Source: Longimicrobiales bacterium
GTDB taxonomy: Bacteria > Gemmatimonadota > Gemmatimonadetes > Longimicrobiales > Gaopeijiaceae
DNA length: 64,000 nucleotides
NCBI GenBank assembly: GCA_963664435.2
Contig: CAXXKM010000002.1
Span: 192,001 to 256,000, forward strand
Direction of reading: 5' to 3'
Shown: in pieces, positions 58,747 to 64,000 of the stretch
Numbering within the stretch: position 1 is the stretch's first letter
How the letters are laid out: each line of letters starts with the position of its first letter
Made by a program: the position numbers and the translations under genes
Notes under the pieces: model-generated
Database searches by the model: none
What the model saw: the letters and a program-made list of their open reading frames with translations, nothing else
What the model was told of the DNA's origin: nothing

Positions 58747-61700
58747 TCAATCACTCACCGGCGGCGGATCCTCTTCCTCCTCCTCTTCCGGCGGCCGCGG
58801 GCGATTCATGCGCAGCGTGACCCCTCCGAAGAAGGTGGAGCCTGAGCGCTCGACCTTGTGGTCGCCCTCGTACAGGTAGTCGAGGATGGCCTGGTCCCAC
58901 GAGAGCCCTGCCTTCGCGACCAGCTCCATCCACGGGCCGTACGCAGTTTCGTCGGGCGCCTCGGTGGTGCCGCTCCAGATGGTGACCCGCGGGTTGTAGC
59001 CGCCCCCGCCCCCTCCCGATGATCCCTTGAGGGGCATCTGGATCAGGACGCTGTCGGTCATGGGCAGGCGGAAGACGTCCGTGTCGAAGTCGGCGCCGTA
59101 GCGCTGGTAGCGGGCGTAGGTGCGCTGGTTCATCTCGAAGACATCGCGGTTCGAATTGATGCCCCGGGTGATGTAGTCGCGCAGCTGGAAGGCGGCGTCC
59201 CGGTGCCGCGGGAACTCCGGGTTGTCGATGTAGCCGAATCCCGGCATGAACCAGCCCTTGTTGAATCCCCAGTTGCGCTCGGTTACGCGCCCGCGGCGCA
59301 CGAGCCCCGTGTATTCCGAGAAGAGCTGCACCACCTGGTGCGAGGGATAGCCGTGCGGGTTCAGGAAGATGTCGGGCAGCCACGCCTCCCAGAGCCGGCC
59401 GCGCACCTTCGATTCCGGGTAGATGGGATGGTCGTCGCCCGAGCCCGAACTGACGTCGATGCCGAGCGAACCCAGGTAGCCCGCGTGCAGGATGTAGTCG
59501 GGGGTGGAGCGGTACAGGTCGTACGCCAGCTGGGCGCCGTCCGGGTTGGTGAAGGGATGGATGATGACGTTCACGCGGTCCAGCTTCGGGCGCTGCTCCG
59601 GGTCGGTGAGGAGCAGCTCGGCGTGGCGCAGCACGTGGCTTGTGGAGGACACCTCGTTGGCGTGCTGGCGCGCGGAATAGATGACGGTCGGCTTGTACGT
59701 GGTGGCCTTGGCGCGGGACCAGTGTGAGGCGGTGATCGCCGGCATCAGGTCCATCGCCCAGGTGGTCTTGCCCAGGTAGGACTCACCGACCTGGTAGACG
59801 TGCGCCTCCTCGAAGGTCGCCCCCATCTGCGCCAGGATGCGATGGCCCTCCGGCGGCGGCATGGGCGTATCCCACTGCACGAGGCGCTCGCCCGAGTAGC
59901 TCCAGCCCTCGGGGAGGAGCGCGCGCCAGTCCGGTAGCGGGGCGGGCGTGCCATTGGCCGCAAGATGGATGGTGCGGCGGGACTCGGGGTCCTCTTCATG
60001 CGTCCATTCGGCGTGCACCTCCAGCGATCCCAGACCCGGGAACGCCAGCGCCGATGCGTACATGCCGCGGTCGCGCATGGCCTCGATGTGCCCGAGGGTC
60101 GCCTCGACCTGCTCGGCCGAGAGCATGCGCTCGTCGACCTGCAGGGGCTGGGCGTAGGCGAGCAGACTGTCGCGCATGTCGGCTTCGGTGTCGACGCGCA
60201 CGCGCAGGGCGAGGTGCGAGAGGCCGGGCGTGCCCTCGCGCACGTGTGCTTCGCGCGCGGAGGGGCGCTCCATGGTGATGCGCGGGATGTCCAGGCGCAC
60301 CTCGCCGGTCTCGCCGGAGCGGTCGCGATATCGGACGACCACCGCTGGCCGCGAGGTGGCGAACCCCGAGAGGGAGATGTTGGCGGTTCCCGCCGTACCG
60401 TCCGATTTGGGCGTCATCAAGGGGATGACGCGGCCGGGGAAGGTGAGCCCCTGCCCCCGCGAGTTGCGGCCGATCAGGTCGAAGAACTCGATGGTGCCGA
60501 AATACACCTCCTCGTGGAGGGCATCCATGGTGGAGTGGATCTCGTTGTCGATCTCCAGGCGGTAGTCGGGCTCGCTCAGCTGGACCTCGGCCACCAGCTC
60601 ACCGAAGAACGGGGCATCCGCGTTTCCGCCCCGCGGGATGCCCTCGTGGCGCTCCATGACGTAGTCGTAGACGGCCGGCAGGATGGTCTCCTGGTAGTAG
60701 TCCCAGAACGCCTCCGGGTCGGTGACGATGCGTTCGTCCGCCAGGACGCGGTCCGCGGCGCGCGCCTCGATCCAGCCGGTGGTGACGCGCACGTGCTCGT
60801 AGTCGCGGAAGCGGTCGACGTACGGGCGCATCACCCACTTGGGGTCGAAGGTCTCGGTGAGGAATACATCGCCGGACGGATCGGTCACTTCGACTTCGTA
60901 GGTCGGGCCCTCCAGCACCTCCTCGAAGCGGATCCGTTCCAGGTCGATGCCCAGGTCGCGCGCCAGCACTTCGTCGATGGGGAAGATCTCGTGCAGCCAG
61001 CGCACCGGCGTGTGGATGGCCTGCTGGGGCCACTCCTCGGGCGGGTCGTTGCGCCGGAAACGGATGAGAATTTCGCCGATTTCGGCGCCCTCCAGTTGCG
61101 GGCGCACGCCCTCGTACAGCCAGTAGTAGCCCTGTTTGAAGGCCGAGCGTACTTCGACGACGGTCGCTTCCGGGTCGGCGCCGCGCTCGAGGAGGGCGCT
61201 CCGCACCTCTTCCTCCAGCCGGCGGCGCACCTCCGGCGGCTCGCTCAGGCGGGCGTGGACGGTGACCGGCTCCCCGGATGCGACGGCCGGGAGCACGTCT
61301 TCGTCGACGATGGCGCGGAAGCGCTCCACCTCGGAGGGCAGCGTGATGGACTCGGAGAAGATGGAGGCTGCGTTCTGCACGTCGCGGTCGTCGACCGTCA
61401 CGTTGATCTCGCCGGCGCCCAGGGCGGCCGCGCGCTCGCGGACGAGGTCGGAGAGGCCGGGATCGGGCTTCTCCACGGAGATCAGCACTTCGGCGGCGGC
61501 CAGGTCGCGGCCGCCGAGATCTGCCAGGATGCGGTCGAGCTTGTAGAGGCCGATGGCCGCCTGACCCGCGGGGGAGCGGCCGGAGAGCGCACTCCAGAGT
61601 GCCTGCTCCACATCGTCGAGGGTGGGGCGGTCGTCGCCCCGGGCATCCAGGTGGGGGAGGGTGAGGGCAAGGTGGTCGAGGGCGCGGCGCGCTCCCGCGG

Positions 61701-63300
61701 GGTCCCCACCGGTCACCACCAGCGAAGGCTTGCTGCCGAAGGCGTCGGGCACGAGTTGGATGAGTCCCTCCCCGGGCTGGAGGCCGGCCAGGTCGACCCT
61801 GCCGCTGTCGGCGAGCTGCTCCGTGAGCGGGTTGTCGGTGCCGGCCAGCACCAGGGTGGGACGGGAGGCGGGGCGGTCCAGGCCGGCGGCGGGCTCCACC
61901 AGCGGCACCACCAGCCCGGTCGCCTCCAGCCCGAGGCGGGCGGCAAGGTCGGGCAGCGCCTCCACCGCGGCCGCGCCCGGGGCGAGCAGGGCGTCGATCC
62001 GGTCGGGAATCTCGTTGTTGTCGGAGTCGCCCAGCAGGCCGTCGGGGGTGTACAGGTTGGACAGGTCGAGCGACCCCTTCGCGCCGCTGCCCGGTCGACC
62101 CGCGACCGGTCCGGGCGCGTCCGGGGCGGCCCGGCCCGGGATACGCACCACTGGACCGGAGGCAAGGCGCACCTCCACCGAGCCCAGGCCGGGATAGGCG
62201 AACGGGTCGTCCGACTGTTCCGGTGCATCGGCCGCCTGCGGGTCGTCCTGCCCGGCGGGGTCCGCCCCGGGGTCAGCCGGGCCGGCGGGTTCCGTCGCGG
62301 CCGGCGTGTCCTGCCCGGTGGCGGCGTCCTGCCCGGTCGTGGTCGGGACGTCCTCTCCGGCGGCGAGCGCGCGCAGCACCCCGGCCGCCTCCTCGACATC
62401 GGCCACCGCCACCCGCACGTTCGCGATCAGGCGGTTCACCCCGTCCGATCCGGCGCGCGCCCGGGCCTGCCAGAGCCGGACCTCCTCCACCTCCACCCCC
62501 GACGCTTCCAGCGCGTCGCGCACGTCGTCGCCCGCGGCCGACAGCAGCGGCGCGGACAGGGTGCGCGTGTGCGGCAGCGCGCCCGCGAACATGCGGGCCG
62601 CCGCCACCAGCCCCTCGTCATCCCCACCCACCACCACCACCCAGCGCCGGCCGTCCGCCTCGCGCACCACCACCGCCCCCTCATCCGCATCGAGCGAGGC
62701 CGGATCGACCCCCGGCGAATCCAGCCCCGACGCGGCCAGGCCACCCCGGCCCACCACGACCAGCACCCCTTCCGCCTCCGTGCCGCGAGCCAGCGGCAGG
62801 TCCAGCGCCATGGTCTCGAAGCCCAGGCGGGCCGCAATCTCGGCGGCTGCGCGCGTCTCGCCCGGCGTCGGCGCCTCTCCCGTCACCAGCGAGGCGTTGA
62901 CAAAGTCCGGCACCTCGTCGCCGTTGGTATCCAGGACGAGGCCGCCGACCTCGAAAAGCGTGGTCAGGTCACCAGGAGTGGAGACGGCCGGAGCTGCCTG
63001 GGAGGCCCCGGGCGCGGGCACCAGCGCCCACAACGCCAACGCGGCCATGGCCGACAGCCACGCCGCCAATGCCGGAGGTCGCGAGAAACCCGCGATGCGT
63101 CCTGCGTCCACACCTGAACGTCTACGGCCGGCCGCTCGTGGGCCGTGGGTCGCCAGCCCTCCAGCGTCGGGCGCGTCACGTCCCTCGTCGCCCGCCGCTG
63201 AACCGCGGTACGCCGGCCCCACAACCTCCGTCGCAACCTTCAGCCTGCTCCGGCCCGCCCCGAACCGCGCGCGGAGCGCCTCCGGCCGGAGCGCGCTCAC
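58747..63300 (-). CDS. Large secreted M14 family zinc metallopeptidase (start GTG 63300 or ATG 63048)
   Basis: C-terminal ARQHANE, NPDG, FLNPHG, TEAPDE; signal peptide after 63048. Confidence 0.82.
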   Translation of the reverse strand: MSALRPEALRARFGAGRSRLKVATEVVGPAYRGSAAGDEGRDAPDAGGLATHGPRAAGRRRSGVDAGRIAGFSRPPALAAWLSAMAALALWALVPAPGASQAAPAVSTPGDLTTLFEVGGLVLDTNGDEVPDFVNASLVTGEAPTPGETRAAAEIAARLGFETMALDLPLARGTEAEGVLVVVGRGGLAASGLDSPGVDPASLDADEGAVVVREADGRRWVVVVGGDDEGLVAAARMFAGALPHTRTLSAPLLSAAGDDVRDALEASGVEVEEVRLWQARARAGSDGVNRLIANVRVAVADVEEAAGVLRALAAGEDVPTTTGQDAATGQDTPAATEPAGPADPGADPAGQDDPQAADAPEQSDDPFAYPGLGSVEVRLASGPVVRIPGRAAPDAPGPVAGRPGSGAKGSLDLSNLYTPDGLLGDSDNNEIPDRIDALLAPGAAAVEALPDLAARLGLEATGLVVPLVEPAAGLDRPASRPTLVLAGTDNPLTEQLADSGRVDLAGLQPGEGLIQLVPDAFGSKPSLVVTGGDPAGARRALDHLALTLPHLDARGDDRPTLDDVEQALWSALSGRSPAGQAAIGLYKLDRILADLGGRDLAAAEVLISVEKPDPGLSDLVRERAAALGAGEINVTVDDRDVQNAASIFSESITLPSEVERFRAIVDEDVLPAVASGEPVTVHARLSEPPEVRRRLEEEVRSALLERGADPEATVVEVRSAFKQGYYWLYEGVRPQLEGAEIGEILIRFRRNDPPEEWPQQAIHTPVRWLHEIFPIDEVLARDLGIDLERIRFEEVLEGPTYEVEVTDPSGDVFLTETFDPKWVMRPYVDRFRDYEHVRVTTGWIEARAADRVLADERIVTDPEAFWDYYQETILPAVYDYVMERHEGIPRGGNADAPFFGELVAEVQLSEPDYRLEIDNEIHSTMDALHEEVYFGTIEFFDLIGRNSRGQGLTFPGRVIPLMTPKSDGTAGTANISLSGFATSRPAVVVRYRDRSGETGEVRLDIPRITMERPSAREAHVREGTPGLSHLALRVRVDTEADMRDSLLAYAQPLQVDERMLSAEQVEATLGHIEAMRDRGMYASALAFPGLGSLEVHAEWTHEEDPESRRTIHLAANGTPAPLPDWRALLPEGWSYSGERLVQWDTPMPPPEGHRILAQMGATFEEAHVYQVGESYLGKTTWAMDLMPAITASHWSRAKATTYKPTVIYSARQHANEVSSTSHVLRHAELLLTDPEQRPKLDRVNVIIHPFTNPDGAQLAYDLYRSTPDYILHAGYLGSLGIDVSSGSGDDHPIYPESKVRGRLWEAWLPDIFLNPHGYPSHQVVQLFSEYTGLVRRGRVTERNWGFNKGWFMPGFGYIDNPEFPRHRDAAFQLRDYITRGINSNRDVFEMNQRTYARYQRYGADFDTDVFRLPMTDSVLIQMPLKGSSGGGGGGYNPRVTIWSGTTEAPDETAYGPWMELVAKAGLSWDQAILDYLYEGDHKVERSGSTFFGGVTLRMNRPRPPEEEEEEDPPPVSD

Positions 63301-64000
63301 GAACCGTGACGCGCCGGAGCCCCCGGTCCGCCCGCGGCAATCGCCATCCGGATCGCCGCCAGCGCCTCGAACACGAGCCACAGCACCAGCACGAAGATCA
63401 GGCCCCCGACCCCGAACAGGAGCCAGGTCTCGCTGGTCCAGTAGCCGATCATGTTGATGACCATGGCCCACGTCGTCATCACGAGCAGGAAGCTCAGCGG
63501 CACGACCGTCACCCAGATCCTCCGCTTCAGGCTGAAGAGGAAGAGGCTGATGACAAGAAGGCTCATCGCCCCCGTGAGCTGATTGGTGGTGCCGAAGAGC
63601 GGCCAGAGGCGCATGCCCCCCGCGCCCCGGTCCACACCCAGCGCCAGCAGGGCGCAGCTGGAAACCGCGAGCGTCGTCGCGATCCAGCGATTCTGCGCGA
63701 ACTTGATCTTGTACTCGGCTCCCAGCTCGGAGATGATGTAGCGCTGCAGCCGAACCCCGGTGTCCATGGTGGTCGCCGCAAAGCTGATGACGACCACCGC
63801 CGCGAAGGTGACCGCGAGCCCCTGCGGAATGCCGATCCCCTGCGCCAGGAATCCCACGCCCTGCACGAACGCCTGGGTCGCACCCGCCGAAGCCGACGCG
63901 AACGACCCGTAGTGATCGTGCCAGCCGTCCACCCCCACCACGACCGCGAAACCGGCGGTGGTGGCGAGAATCGCGGTGAGCGCCAGCGATCCCTCGCCGA
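63297..64000 (-). CDS. cstA: Carbon starvation protein A family transporter (3' part; start lies outside the window)
   Basis: SFAATTMDTGVRLQRY, LWPLFGTTNQL, multiple transmembrane segments. Confidence 0.9.
   Translation of the reverse strand, partial: GEGSLALTAILATTAGFAVVVGVDGWHDHYGSFASASAGATQAFVQGVGFLAQGIGIPQGLAVTFAAVVVISFAATTMDTGVRLQRYIISELGAEYKIKFAQNRWIATTLAVSSCALLALGVDRGAGGMRLWPLFGTTNQLTGAMSLLVISLFLFSLKRRIWVTVVPLSFLLVMTTWAMVINMIGYWTSETWLLFGVGGLIFVLVLWLVFEALAAIRMAIAAGGPGAPARHGS

Overview
High-GC bacterial chromosomal window. The gene content (TCGG-type Ig-repeat lipoprotein, BNR, M14, M28 and LVIVD secreted proteins, scattered TA and DUF4143 cassettes) resembles host-associated Gemmatimonadota; this is inference only. 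The backbone carries a CocE hydrolase, a TauD-family dioxygenase plus STAS gene, a hisGDCHABF(IE) operon, leuS, tkt, icmF, many secreted peptidases/hydrolases and cstA. The main discovery is a visibly more A/T-rich island after tkt (~16.95-25.85 kb). It holds a ubiquitin-like conjugation operon (Ubl ending in Ala, Cys-free E2-like protein, JAB-E1 fusion), followed by an ECF-like sigma factor, an unknown 299-aa protein and a short Rad50/SbcC-like ATPase with atypical Q- and H-loops and no SbcD. Both operons are preceded by the same bipartite motif TTTCG-N13-TTGCGAC, suggesting one sigma-controlled, DNA-sensing protein-conjugation (probably defence) system. Other notable items: an exact 23-bp-period five-unit array over the promoter of a DUF4143 ATPase; a 9-bp tandem motif shared by two distant promoters; a candidate phospho-sphingolipid cluster (SPT-like, ADC-fold, lipid kinase, PlsC, Tam41-like, CDP-alcohol transferase); and two bridging mini-ORFs in the his operon. 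No tRNA, rRNA, CRISPR array, integrase or transposase was recognised. All family calls come from motifs read by eye, not from database searches.
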